In this document: piece by piece, positions 1-14,179 of the stretch | How positions within the stretch are numbered: the stretch's first letter is position 1 | Layout of the letters: each line of letters opens with the position of its first letter | NCBI GenBank assembly: GCA_012295275.1 | Contig: CM022666.1 | Location: 11,098,001 to 11,162,000, forward strand | Reading direction: 5' to 3' | DNA from: Chrysomallon squamiferum | Taxonomy: Eukaryota > Animalia > Mollusca | Length of the DNA: 64,000 nt | Program-made: the position numbers and the translations under genes | The notes under the pieces: generated by a model | Database searches by the model: none | What the model was told of the DNA's origin: nothing | The model's input: the letters and a program-made list of their open reading frames with translations, nothing else

Positions 1-553
1 TACTAGATTATGTCAAAAATGATGTAAAGAAAACGTGAATCGGGATAGAGTAAGGACAGGATTTATTAACTAGTACATGTACACTTGTAGGAAACAATTT
101 TATCCGTGTTTCACTAATGATGTTATTAGCAGAATTAGCCAAATAGATGTTTTTTTAAATGGATAGATAAAGGCACTGAAAAAAGATAATTTAAAGAGAG
201 AAAAAAAAAAATATATATATATAAAGAGAAAAAGAGAGACAGCGACAGAGAGACTTTTCAGAAACCTAAATAAACATATATATATATATGTTGAGAAAGA
301 GGAAGAAAAATGGAAAGATAGTAAATCTGTAAAGATAAACATATAGTGTGAAAGACAAACTGACATACAGATATAAAGATATGAATCACATAAGACTACC
401 ACTGTTACCTGTGTTAAAATAATAAAAATCAATATCAACTCGGTACAAACGTACCAGGTAAACAGGTTTGTATCTAGTAAAGTAAAACCATTGAGTACTT
501 ACAATTATACTGAAATCAATTCCTTGGAATGAGTTAGTATTCTTGTACCTTAC

Positions 554-619
554 ATCAGATGGTACACGTAAACTCTGAGCTAGCGATGAACTAACAGCTG
601 CCGACATGGAGACACTCAT
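554..619 (-). CDS. Candidate alternative first coding exon of the TSC22-family gene (MSVSMSAAVSSSLAQSLRVPSD), phase 0
   Basis: ATG at 619 (A at -3), 22 open codons, then GAT|GTAAGG donor. TATAAATA on the minus strand at 712-705. Phase 0 equals the phase of the intron after the 3083 exon. The downstream exon is outside the window. Confidence 0.45.
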
Positions 620-704
620 AATGAATTTGATAAATACAACAACAACAACAACAACAGCTGTGACAGTCTGCTCTGTAATACCCACTTCACCTATCACACT
701 GCTG

Positions 705-712
705 TATTTATA
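705..712 (-). promoter_or_regulatory. TATA box (TATAAATA) upstream of candidate exon 619-554
   Basis: Minus strand reads GACAGGATATAAATACAGC in a locally GC-richer patch, about 90 nt upstream of the ATG. Confidence 0.4.
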
Positions 713-3082
713 TCCTGTCAAAAGATACGGTCTACTTGACTGACATGTATGCAAAACAACTCCACCCTTTTTAACAAAAGAAACTCCTCCCCTTTTCCTT
801 GTCAACACATTGAAAGAGAAATGACCTTTCACCATACATGGCAGAAAGAACCACCCAGTTACTGAATATGGAAGTAAGGTAACCACCCATTTACCAGTTT
901 TGGTAAAGCAAGAACAATCAATCAAATGAGATTAAAGGAAAACTCCCTTTCTATAATTAGCCACACTGTAAACTAGTTCACAAGGATTGTGAGATCACAC
1001 GGAAATACTTGAGATGTGTGGTTATATAAATCTCATTTCCATAATTAAATCATTTATTTTTACTCAGTGATTCATAGCAAATCAAACTATTTCAGACACA
1101 TTAAGTTTCCGTCGAACGAATTTGTCATGAAGTACAAATAAATTTAAAAAATAAAATAAATCTTTATTAAAAAAAAAAGAAAATGGTTGTGAAAATAATA
1201 GTTATTTCACTTATGATAAACAACTTTTTGGTGGCTAAGCACTTGTTATTGGACAAAGTTATATATAAAACAGTGCATACATATATATATATATATTTAC
1301 ATGTGAATACTAACTGTATATAGTTGTGCATGTACATCCCCTTCCTAACTACCTACACAAATATGTACATGCATTACTCCAAAACACATGCACACACCCA
1401 CATACATACAATGCTCACAGAAAAAATGAAAAGGTTATCAAGACAAAATTCAACATATTTTTTGTAACTGCAAAGTTAATTTGTCAGTGAGGGAAGATAA
1501 ACAGGTTAACTGGTAAATAAATAAATACACAAATACACAAATACAGCACCATCTGCTGTCTAGCACAATGATGTAAATCACCTGATGACTCAGTGTAAAT
1601 TACACAATACTGGGCTTCACATATCAATAATTTCACCACAGAAAAAGATGTCAGTGTGTTTATAAATAGCTATCTTTACTGAGAGAAAGGTGTTTTAAAA
1701 TATTTACAATTTAAATTAATAGGATTAATAAACTGAATTCCGAATTAAACACATTTATATTCACTTATGTAAATGTGGAAAATATTTATAATAGTTAACA
1801 AAATTAAACAATATATTTTAAACAGTAAAAGTAACAATTTAAAATGGTTATGTTTCCTTTTAATCAATATCCTCAGTAAATTAATGGAATTAAAAGTACA
1901 AACTTTAGGTTTTTATTATGCATTTTATCTATGTTATATAAATAAACTCCATTCATTTTTTTTAAAAAGAGTTCTTTTTTACAATATTTAATTAACCATG
2001 AGTTAACAAAACTGACTTAATTATTTGATTAATTAACAGTTATTAAAACACGAACCTGGATTTTTAATTACCTAATAGAATTAAAAATGCAATTAATGTC
2101 AAATTAACTTTTCAGACAAAACATTAAATAGACAAGGAAAATAAAATTTAAAAACTGGCCTTGGTCATTAGTAAAATTTTAATTTAACAACACAATCATT
2201 AATTAATTAAATGAACCTTTTCTTATTTTAATTTTCAAAAGGTACTTATGGTTAATTATAAATGTTTTAAGGTCAACCATTTTCTTTTTTAATTACAGTT
2301 AATTCTATCTCTGTGAAACAGTTACAAATTAATGTTATTTTAAGACATTTGTAGCTTATTTACAAGGTAAACACAATTAAAGTTTTGTCTCTACTTGTGT
2401 CAGCTAAGATTCTTAATTAAATATTTACTATTTCTGTTATGTAACAGGAAATAAATTTAATTGGTTACATTTTATTCTGATAAGAAACAAATCATGGTAC
2501 TTAAACAAAAAAAAAAATAAAAAATATATATTAAAAAAAAAAATAGTAAGATAGAATACTTGGCAAATTAAAAGCATTATAACAAGTTCATTAATTTTTC
2601 ATGATTTGAAAGAATGGTTAAAGAAAAAAGAAAAAAAAGGGAAAACCAAACTGTAAGATTCCCTATAAATTACAGATGGAATTTCCCTATTCTATTTTTA
2701 GAAAGATTCATTACCTCATGACTAACAGTACAGAGAAGAGGAAATAATACTTTTTTCTATTTTTAGAACACTAATTCTGACAGTGTCTATAAAACCACTG
2801 ATTTATGTCATATATTAAAACAACAATTCTTTTTTTTTAATCAAAATCTGCTGAAGTAATTATATTTCTTATTCAGCATACAATGAAATTACTAATAAAC
2901 CCCATTCCTTGTCTATTTCACTCCCCACCCTACTCTTTTGCTTACTGTGACATGCAGTTTTACGACAGTGTTTTACAATTGTATGTAATAAGTGTTTTAA
3001 AAAAGATAATAATAAAAATAAAAATTTAAACCAAACAAACGTAAAACCAAAATAAAATGAATAAATAAAAACAGTAACTTAC

Positions 3083-3128
3083 CATTGCTTGTTCTATCTT
3101 GTTGTCAATAGCGACAGTATTGGAGCCA
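3083..3128 (-). CDS. TSC22D: TSC22-family shared exon encoding the start of the TSC box (x-GSNTVAIDNKIEQAM)
   Basis: TTTTTCAG acceptor, 46 nt (1 nt + 15 codons), ATG|GTAAGT donor. VAIDNKIEQAM is the diagnostic TSC22/GILZ/bunched sequence. Confidence 0.96.
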
Positions 3129-5880
3129 CTGAAAAATACAAAAAGGTAACATTTTAGAAAATCAAAAGGATTTTAAATCAGAAATAAATATTAATAGTTA
3201 ATTTCAAATGATTACAAATGATGGCTATGTTTTACATTTGAAACCAACAAAATAATTATCATGTTTTATTAAAATTGATAAGAAAATAATAACAGTTTAA
3301 TACAAATACTATACTGAGGGGGAACTTAGTATTTAGTTGGTTGTTTGGGAGGGTTTTATCGTTACATACATACATACATACATACATAAATATTAATGAT
3401 TATGACTTATTATTTATCATCATTTTAGTAGTTATTTGAAAATTCACAGCATACACACAACATGGCCAGAGTGTAATAGTTATCATCAATGAAGTGACAT
3501 ATTAGACAATTTTGTAGCAAATCATGCATTTATTTCAGATTTATTGTCAACTCAGTATTACTGTATGAAGTGAGAGACCTTGCAGACAGAGAAAAGGCCA
3601 AATGGTGATATATTTTATTCATTATTCCATCTAGTAAATCATATTTGTACATTAAATTTGGGAAATATTTGGGAAACTGAGATAGCAATGATGATCATCC
3701 ATTTATGTTTTTATTTCTTTAAATAAATAAATAATTGTTTAAATAAATTATTTTTTATTATAAGTTAACTGTTTATATACAAATGTTTTATGTATGTCTG
3801 TCTGAGCATGTGTATGTGTGCTTGTGCACATGCATGCATGCATGTGTATGTGCAGAGAGGTAAACATAATTCTATCTTACTCTATGATTGTTAATGACAA
3901 CTAATTTCATGTTCTTAACATAATTACACATTGCAGCTTTAAAAATAACTCTTTTTTTTCATCATAAAGATGAAACAGGAGGCACTGTCACAATAGATGT
4001 TAATAAGACAGAATACATCTAGTGGTCAGTGACTTATCTAGGTAAATGGTCAGTTTTATAGGTCAGTCATCTGAACGGTGTCAATGGCTGCATTTTTCTC
4101 AAGCAGGAGATTTCTTTATATAAATGGAATTAAATTCTGTATGTTTGTATGTATGTAACACCAACAGAAATAAATATGAATCTTTTATTAATGTAACCTG
4201 ATTAAATGCTAGAGAAAAACTGACAAAAAAAAACAACAACCCCCCCCCAAAAAAAAACACACATTTAAAATGGAATAAAAAAATCACTACAAAGAAACAA
4301 AAACCCTAACACAATAACAAACAAAAATAAAATAAAATACACCCTTTGACTTTATAATCATATCCAATACCTTATATTTATCTAATTCTTCATTTTTCAG
4401 TTAACTGGCTGTTTTATTTAAAATTATTTTAAGATTAATTTTCTCTATAAAATGCACATGTGCTTATCTATGTGCAGGACGGCACATTTTTTCAGATGTT
4501 ACCTAACCTTGAACAAGGTCGTACAGATAGTCACGTTTGTAGCATTCGTAACTGCAGTTGTGTAATCTCAATCTACTTGTTGTGGAAATCGGTGATGCAT
4601 GAAATATGAATACAGGTAAGTGGAATAAAGCTATTTCCCAATCAGGTAACATACTTAGAGGATGTCCGATCAATAAAAAAGATAATACAAAATCAATACT
4701 GTAAAATAACTTAATAATTTATTATTTTTATTCTAATGTATATATTTTAAAACAGAACAAGTGAATCCCACCGAAAAACAAACAAACAAAACAAACAAAA
4801 TTACCCTCTCCAAAATAAAAACAAGTAAAAAACCAAAAGCCTCCTAAAATTAAATTATGTAATTTTATTTTATATGTTATTAATTTATCATGGCTGCATG
4901 TTGCATGGAGAAGATTTTATATTAGTTAAACCATACAAAAACACAAGCAAACTACAATTAATACTGAGTCATGTACTAAGCTGCATTAAGAAGATATTCC
5001 TGTATAAAACACAGTTCTAAATGAGCTGTGAATTGAGATGTTTCTGTAAGATGATTATTACAGTACACTCAGTAACACAATCATAAATATCTTCTTTCTG
5101 CTAAAATGTGTTTATGCTTTAGTTCAACAGACATGGACAAATTATAACAAGTTACATAAAAACAGTAGCAACAACAAAACAAAACTGCCAGTCATAACTA
5201 GAAATGAAAAGTAGTAAACATTTAGATTTATGAATTGAGGGCCAGAAGAAATGTTCTTGAATATTCAGAAGTTGTAAACATGTACAGTTAAATAATTGAC
5301 ATATTAAAAAAAAATAATATTAAAATAAATAAATAAAAATAAAAATAAAATAAAAATAAATAAAAAATAAAAATAAAAATAAATAAAAATGTTCTGAATA
5401 AATGACTGATCATTAGTTTAGGTAAAAAATCCCAGTAACAAAGCCCATCCCAGACAGAATTGTTTCAACATGTGTTTACCAGAGAATAACATTATTACTG
5501 ATTCTATTTACTTTCTGTGTTTTGTTTACTACTCAAACATGTGTAATACTGCTCTAATGTGCAACAGACTGCTGTAACATAAACAAAGAGATACAGGCTG
5601 GTTGCTGTGAGATCAGTTGTATTGTTGTGCAGTATTAAAAAAAACATTAAAAAATTAAAGATGAATGAATTCAAATAAATTTTATTATATTTTTATTGTT
5701 ATTATCAATCAGTAAAAATGACTTGATTCATGTAAATTAAAAGATAAAACTTCTGAATTCATAATCTTTCATGATCATGTAGCAAGAACATAGGGCAAAT
5801 TCAAAAACATGATTCTGAATGATAAATTTACTATCGTTTTTACAAAGTACATGTCCAAGTGAGTGATTTACAATGAGAAC

Positions 5881-5888
5881 TGACGTCA
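5881..5888. promoter_or_regulatory. Perfect CRE palindrome TGACGTCA
   Basis: Exact CREB/ATF consensus, retaining its CpG in a CpG-poor intron. Confidence 0.4.
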
Positions 5889-8800
5889 CGGATGTGATGC
5901 TATCATACAAGACATCACTCTGCCATCACAATCTATTGATCACAGAATGACAGCCTTATAAAAATACTCAAGTAATTGGTAGTCGTCACAAAGTAATTTC
6001 CAATAAGTGGTTAGCTCTATCAGTTGCTGGAATACCTTTAAGTTGGACATAGTAATTAATTGTACTGCCTCGAAATATCTTTCGATCATCCTTGTTAAGT
6101 AATTAAGATTGTGGATTTATCAAAAGGCACATGTTATTATCAATAAATTTCTTATGCAGTGAATGAAATAGGCTGTGATGGTGAGAATTAAAGTAAAAAT
6201 GTTTAATAATGTAAATTGCTACAGACATTTTGATTAACTTTCTTTCTGTTAGTGTGGTTTTTCTTTCTATCCATTTCTTGTTTTCTGCCCATTTTCTCCT
6301 TTTGTAGGTCTCAGTATAACCACAGTACCATGAACAATTTTTTTTTTTTTTCTTTTTTAGCTAACAATAATGATAGCTAACAATAAAGTTTGTAATTATA
6401 CTTTAAAATAAATTTTCAAAAATAAATAAAAGTAAATGACAGAAAGTAAAATCCCTAACCCAAAACAAAACAAAAAATTGACTGCCACTGTTAAATCCTT
6501 CTCAATCATATATTTAATATGTTTACAAGTTAAAAATTAAATACCTCAAATGCTATTAAAGTGACAGACAGGGTAACTTTGCCAATAATTTACTGTTTCT
6601 TGTTGATATAGCCTCTAAAAACCTTAAACGAACTGTAAACAGCTCATTACTGAACTATTTTAAAACATTCTAAGTCCCAACAGGTGGTTGTGTTTTTATT
6701 CTTGCATGCTAAATTCAGATCCACTGTGAATTGGATGTTAGCCATCTTGGATAAATGTCTCTAATTATTTTTACATCTTTCACCACCTTTCAAAATCAGA
6801 TAGTTTCAAAAAAACTTTTTAAAGCCAAAAACTGTCTAATTAGTAAAGATAATGAGTGTAATATGTTAATGATCTTCAGATATTTTGGTTAATGAAATAT
6901 ATCATGTTTCATGCTGCTGGCACTCTCTGGTTTTGGTATACAAACAACAACAACAACAACGATAAAAATGAAAGAAAAATATCAGAAAAAAACAACAATA
7001 AAAAACTACATAATTTGCTTGTATCATCATTTACATACTACATTAATAAAACCTAAGTAATATAAATATATACAAATTGCTATTCATCTTTTCTTTCCCA
7101 TCTACTAATAAACTAATTTCCTTATTTAGGACAGAACAGAACAAACAGACATTCAGATTTCCACAAGAATCATAATAACCATAGATATTTAGCCAACTCA
7201 GCAAACTAGCACCAGAAAACATTGCAAAGTGAAAACATCACAACAGACTCAGCAGAGCTTTGGTAAATGCTTAAAATAGCAGCCTCTGGCTTCCATTGAT
7301 TGTCTCGGCTAACTGAAAATATTCCACAACTAATGAATTTTTTTTCTGGAATTTTCCACTGGTCTGTTCTTTAGTAGTACAGTGAATACAGATGTATGGG
7401 TGAGTCCTTGTGCAGTGCATGGAACGCATTAGGGGTGAGCTATGGGTGGGTTGACTGGATGTAGTATGGTTGGGATATTGTACATTTTTTATTTTGTGTA
7501 TGTATACAAGTGTGTATTTATATATGTACAAATGTCTACCTATGTATGTTATTTATTTATGTATGTAAATGTAATTGTTAGCTGCACATTCTGCACATCA
7601 AGAATGAAAACCAAAGAAATTATGTTATTTGTAATAATAATAATAGAAGTAGCAGTAGTAGCATCAGCAGTATATTTATTTACTAAGTAGTATACTGTCC
7701 CTGAGATCACCAAAATACACATCTATCATTCTCTTTTGGTACACTACATAAAAAGAAAAATTACATTATCCCTTCACATCACAACAGTGTGATGTCAACA
7801 CAAGTAGATTACAGAGCCACTAAACCCAATTCAACGCCATCAGCTTTTCTACAAAGCCAGAAATAACACTTGTTATCTTTGTAATCGTTTTATAATTAAC
7901 ATTCACTGGTATTAGAAAACATTTTAAACAGCTTGTTCTAATATTTAATTTTTATAAATTCTTTTTTTATTTTCTGTATTCCAAGTGCATGAAAACTATC
8001 AATAATAATGAGAGATTATAGATATAAAAATTTTAATTTAAAAAGGTCTTGTATATTTTTATGAAATTTGTTAATGCATATATTTATGAAATTTACGTAT
8101 GTCTGTGTTTGAAAATAAAAATTGTATTTATATAGGTCAAACTGTTCTACATCTAAATTTATAGATATTTTAATGCCTGTGAAACAATATATTTATATTA
8201 ATGATAAAATGTGTGTGAAATATATCAAAATAATCAACTAAGTTTGTGTTTCTATTGTTAATAATAATAAATATAACAACAACAGTAATAATAATAATAA
8301 TAATAACAATAAATATTAACAACAATAATAAATAAATGATAAACAACAACTGTGTAATAATAATAAGAATAATAAACAATGAATGAAAGTTTAAGATTAA
8401 AAAAACCAAAACAACTAGTTATTAGGTTGTCAACAGAAATAGTAAGAGTTATGTCTATGGTGTAATGCTTTATCTCCAGTGTTAAGTGTTGTAGTTTTGT
8501 TGATAATTCACTTTGTGGCTTGAAGAGCTGTAATTACAAACAGAACACAAGGTTAAGGTCAGAATGGGAGTGTACTGATAAAGAATTCAGGTTTGTGTTG
8601 AAACTTAATGATTTTATTATCATCTCATGTTCAGTTTTTTATTTTATTTTTGTAGCAGTTTATCTATTACCTTTTTTTTTTTTTTCCAATAATAAATATA
8701 GAAATAAAATAGGCTTCTCTGTTAATATAAACTGTAAACTATTTGCATTTCAATAGAAAGAGAAAAGGAGACTAACACACAAAGAAATATATCTATATAT

Positions 8801-9806
8801 ACTGTTGTTTGAAAGAACACAAAAGATAACACAGATATTAGTCCTTGTTACTTTGTATTATGTATAACACAGCTGTACAAATCTTGTATTGTTCTTTTAC
8901 ATAAATACAGATCAAATAGAATACTTCCAAGCTGTTAAAATTTTTTTTTTGAGTGTGTATGGGTGCTGGGTTTTTGTAATAGAAATCAGAAAAAAAGAAA
9001 AAAGAATGAAAACACACACAAACACACACACATATAGTAATTAAAAAAGAAAAGAAAAAGCCTTAATGAAAATTTAGTAGAACTAATTAATAAACATTAG
9101 TTCATTAATACATATATTAATGCAAATAATTAAATATGAGATGCTTTAAGTAATTATGATACTATGTATTAGGAATAATATTTATTAGAAAGTAAGCTAT
9201 TTATTAACTGTAGTAAGCAAATATTTTAAGTTGATAATAAAAATAAATTTGCTAATGAAAAGACAAGTACAATACAGTAGAGAAAGTTCATGCACATGAA
9301 ATCACAGAGCCTATCTCTTGGCATAAACAGGAAATGCATTAATAGAACATTGCTCCAGTTTCTTAGAAGAAACAAAAAATATATATCTATATATAATTTT
9401 CTGCATAAACTGAAGATTAGTATTAAAATGCTACTACTCAAAATAAAAATATAACTGATTTTCTTTTCACTACTCTCACTTTTGCATTCCCAGAATATTA
9501 AATTAAAAAAGCCTCTGTTCTAGTTTCTGTCTCTTGTACAGACAGGATAAACAAATTAACTTTTTCTGGCATAAACAAAAAACTTATATTATAAAGCTAT
9601 TGCTCTATTTTTGTCTTTACAAAATCTCAATCCAGCATCTGGTGAAAGGGAGAAAACAGAAATATGTAGGGAGTGAAAAAAAAAAAGAATAACAATAAAG
9701 TAAAATAATAAAAATATAAAACCAGTACACAACAGCAGCAAAGTGAACACAAAAGAATAGATAATTTTTAGGTCAACCCCAGTCAACATGACCCTGTAGG
9801 ACTCAC

Positions 9807-9991
9807 AACCAGCTGTTGAGGACAACGACCTCAACCAAGTACAAATGAAGTACAGATGGAGTACAAACAGTACTACAAAGTTTCTGGAGCAAACATCCTT
9901 GACCAGTGTTGTAATGTGAAGTATGTTCAAGGTGAAATCTGTAGGTAAAGGTGAGTGGAATGATTTTGTTATTTTGACACTTGTAAAACAT
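9807..9991 (-). CDS. Candidate alternative first coding exon of the TSC22 gene (MFYKCQNNKI...VVVLNSW), phase 2
   Basis: ATG at 9991, 61 open codons + 2 nt, TT|GTGAGT donor, which is in frame with the 3128 exon. The ATG context is weak, and the same patch also has plus-strand splice signals. Confidence 0.4.
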
Positions 9992-10922
9992 CAAACAGTG
10001 ATTTTTATTTGATAATTATATTTATGTAGCTCTCAATTTGTCTAATCACAAACATCCTGGAGGTGAAATGAACAAAACAAAATACGATAATAATACAGCA
10101 GCAAGTCAGATATGTGGTAGTGTGTAGGTTCAGGGTTCAATTCATGACACTTCTTTTTGATGAGATCTATCTGTACAAATGTAAACCACATACACATGCA
10201 AATTCATACAAATAATCATGATATTCACCACACATACACACACTTACATAACACTTTCGAATATAAAGATACATACATTTATAATAGTAATTTTCCAAAG
10301 TACTCCTATCAGCAGGATGTAAACATTTTTCTATCACATTAAAAACACTTTGGTAATGGTGAGAAGCGTGAGTTGAGAAAAGTCGATAACACCACAAATC
10401 AAACTGATTCACTATCACAGAGTAAACACACTGCAGTACTGAGTAGGACCCAGTCATTTATAAAATAAAAAAATAAATAAAAAATGCATGACCTGAAGGA
10501 TGGGGGTAGAGATGTTTCCAGAAATACACAGTGGAAAGGTTTTACTGATGGTGAGTTTTGCTAACAAAGTGTATACAGTGGGAAAATGCATTGATCTCAC
10601 GTTTTATATCACTGTTCTGTGTGAAACCTGGTTATCTCGTCATTTGCCAAATTGACGGTACAGTGGCCGTCATCTGGCCAACTACTGTTAAAACCTGGTC
10701 ATTTGGCTGTGTTTGTTATTTTCTTGTTATCTGGCTAGTTGTTACATTGAAGCTTTTCTTGTGGTGTATGGTAATTTGACCACTCTAGGCAAAACTGAAT
10801 AATCAACAACTGTTTTCAGTTATCTGTCCATTAGCCAGTCAACAGAGTGCTGATGGTCAATGGCAGACCACTGGTCAATATTTACTTGCTGTAATTCAGT
10901 AAAGTGAAATCATGGTGGGATG

Positions 10923-10946
10923 TGACCTTACACTGACCTTTCACCT
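10923..10946 (-). promoter_or_regulatory. Nuclear receptor element: perfect DR5 (AGGTCA-GTGTA-AGGTCA) with an adjacent AGGTGA half-site in DR1 spacing
   Basis: Plus strand reads TGACCT tacac TGACCT t TCACCT. Confidence 0.5.
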
Positions 10947-11079
10947 ACACAGCTTGTGATCATGTGCTTTTGGCATTATCATGTTATTGTAATATTGCAA
11001 GCTCATCTATGTTAATGTTTTGTTTTCAGTATTTTTACTTAATATCCGCTGTACTCATAACAGCATCAATACAAGTATT

Positions 11080-11430
11080 AATAATAACTGCAGCAGTTGT
11101 AGTAGGAGTTGGAGTAGTAGGAGTAGTAGCAGTCATAATTTTAGTAATAGCAATCATAGCAATATTAAGAATGCAACAGCAGTAACAGCTGCAGCAATAA
11201 TTACAACACTAATAATATGAAGTGAGAGTATTATGGCTGTAGTTTTTGTAGCAACAGAAACAGTAATAGTATTTAAATTGTATTTACTGTAGGAACCAGA
11301 AACAGCAATAGTATTTAAATAGTATTCAGTGTATATTAGAAACATCAATAGCATTTAAACTGTATTTACTGTAATAATAAAAAAAGCAATAGTATCAAAA
11401 TAATAACAATGGCAGTAGTACTATCAGTAA
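11080..11430. repeat. Low-complexity AGT/AGC/AAT trinucleotide-rich tract with short internal duplications
   Basis: Runs such as gtagtaggagtagtagcagt, and repeated gaaacag(t/c)aatagtatttaaat units. Confidence 0.6.
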
Positions 11431-14179
11431 TATTATCACTTATATTATTTTAAAGTTATTTTAATACAACATCAAAAGTAATTATCAGTTTATTTTTATT
11501 CACAATTACTAAAATAATTTATATGTAAATTCAATAATCCACAGCAGTATTGGCAATCACAGAAAATCACACAAAAAAATCACAACACATTTATATCCTA
11601 TCCATTGTAATATTAATTACATGGACTTTGAATGGTTGTCCTGTAAAATAAATTAAAAATTTATCCTTCACATAGTAAATGTCAAGAAATCTGAGCCACA
11701 GATTGAGGTGTATTCAGTTTCCAAAGTCACTGGAGGTGGGTGATTGCGCAAGTGATAGATTAACACGTAGACAGATGAACTTGTGCTAAATCTAGGAGAA
11801 ACAGGTTTTGTTTATAGGAAACAGTAATATATGTTTTAGAGAATAAATAATAATATTTCTTTTACAGGATAAAATAATAACTTATGTTTTATAGATGAAA
11901 TAGTAACATGATTTAGAGAATAGTAACACTTTACAGTAGTAATACATTTTATACAAGTAATAATCTGTTTTATATTAAAAATAATAATGTCATATAGAAT
12001 GAAAAATAATGTTTTATAGAAGAAGAAAAAAATAATACAGAATAAGTTTTAACTCATCTTTTATAGACAGTACAAGAATGTAGTTAATTTCAGTCATGTG
12101 CAAGTAAATAAATAAATTTAGATATATATAAAACATGGATTTCATTACATTATATTAATATCAAAGAATTTGATGTATTATGAATTTTTATTTTTTATTT
12201 TTTTTACTTGTACATATTAACATGGTGAAAGGGTGTAATACAAAATAACTGCAAATACATAAAAACTTTAAAAAACAAACTGAATCTCTTTCTAGCTTTA
12301 ACACACACAAAATATGTAAATGTTGCTATGGTGACTGATAATGCAAACAAATCTTGTCTGCATGTATTGCGCAATGTTTTGGTTATTTATAAACCACTAT
12401 CTTGTACCGTTATTCTTTTATACAATTTTATTTTTTAACACTGTATCCAGCTAATATTATTCAACATGTTTTACAGAAGCAGGTATTGCATAATGTTTGG
12501 GTTATTTATATATAAATAAACTTTTTCACAATTTTATCATGGCATATGATTAAAAATAAAAATAAATAGTGCTGTGTCTGTAGAAAATGTGTTATAGCAT
12601 GTTTTCATTCAGAAGAGATAGCTCACAAAAGTAAGGCTACTAATGTTTAATCATAATAAGGGCTATGTTTTCATCTGAATAATGGATTGCAAATATTTAC
12701 ATAAACATATGGCTTTATTATAATTTTATACATTTATTCTTAAGTTTGTAAATTTGATATTTATGAAATGCTGGATAAATTTTATTTAATTTATATGGAT
12801 ATGTACTAATACTATATATAGTATATAAGCAGTATTTTACTTTCATTTATGAAGAGAGACATGCATGACACAGATACAGTAAACAAAGCAGCTATTTTTA
12901 AAATCAGTATTATTTACACTAAATGCCACAACACTGTACGTATGTATATATATTTATATATTTACACCCATACATAATGCTCAATTTAACAATACAAGCT
13001 ATTAGACATCAAAACTGGCAAGGAAATTAAGTATCAAAGTTGTAGACATTAAGTAAATGATTAACAAATGTATCAGTGATGCAATAAAATAGAAACTGCA
13101 CATGAACCAAAAAAAATACAAATTTGAAAACAGGTATGTACAATGATTCAGCAGTTTACTTTGTTTGTACTATAAATTATACCAAATTACCAATAAAAAA
13201 ATAGTTTCAATAATTCATGAATTAAATTCCCTTATTAGTAGTATTGTAATAAAAAATAAAATTACTGTAAGAAGCTGTATAATCTTTGTAGAAATATACA
13301 GTGCTAATAATTCATCTGTTCAGTAATGGTAGCATTATATATTAAAATTACTAAACTAAATTGTTTAATTTGCATTTCTAGGAGTTTAATTTGCATTATT
13401 GTTACAAACTAAAAACAAAATGTAAACAATTTAATTGTATATATAAAATGTTATGTTAAAGCTGTACAATGTAGTACATAATTATAATTTTGTAGCACAA
13501 AATTGTATCAGTGTGACACAATTGTAACACTATACCAATTCAGTTTGTAGAAATTAAAACAACACAGACTTTTGCTAATTAGAGGTAAATATCTGATACA
13601 TCAATGAATTTTTTTAACAGCATTAGAACTTAACATCCAAAAAATACCACTATTAAAAAGTAGATTTAGAAAACAACAAACAAAATAGTAATAATAAAAA
13701 CTATCAACAATCTACAACAGCAAACCCATTATCAAGAAAAGTGCAAGTGTAACCTGTACATTTAACAGTTAATAAAGCTTTGTTACAAAGGTCTGAATAA
13801 CTTGATGATGCAAGCCACATCTGACACACAACATACTATCTAATCACAGGTGAAAGAAATTTTAACACAGCAACCAAGATATTTTTTTTAAAATGTAAAC
13901 CACAAAGATAAAAAAAAAATTAATTTTCCACTATTACATTCAAGTGACAATAAACTATCCAGTTAAAGCTTAAAAACTATTAGAACAATGCAACCTGAAT
14001 AATATTTATTTGATATTTTGTTTTGTTAGGGAATTAGGATGATTACAATCAGATGTATTCAATGTATCACCTACTTGTACAATGATATAAATATGTTCAA
14101 GTGCTATAAAATTTTAACACTGAAACCAGTACTTGTATGAAGAACAATTATTACATTTTTAAAATATTTTTATAATAGT

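Noticed and set aside
386-925. 179-aa ORF as a standalone gene
   Set aside because: Non-ATG start, microsatellite-derived poly-Val and no domain. Only 619-554 has exon signals.
10938-10963. Tiny phase-2 exon MITSCVGE ending GAAAG|GTCAGT
   Set aside because: Only 8 codons and the donor coincides with the DR5 half-site, so it cannot be distinguished from chance.
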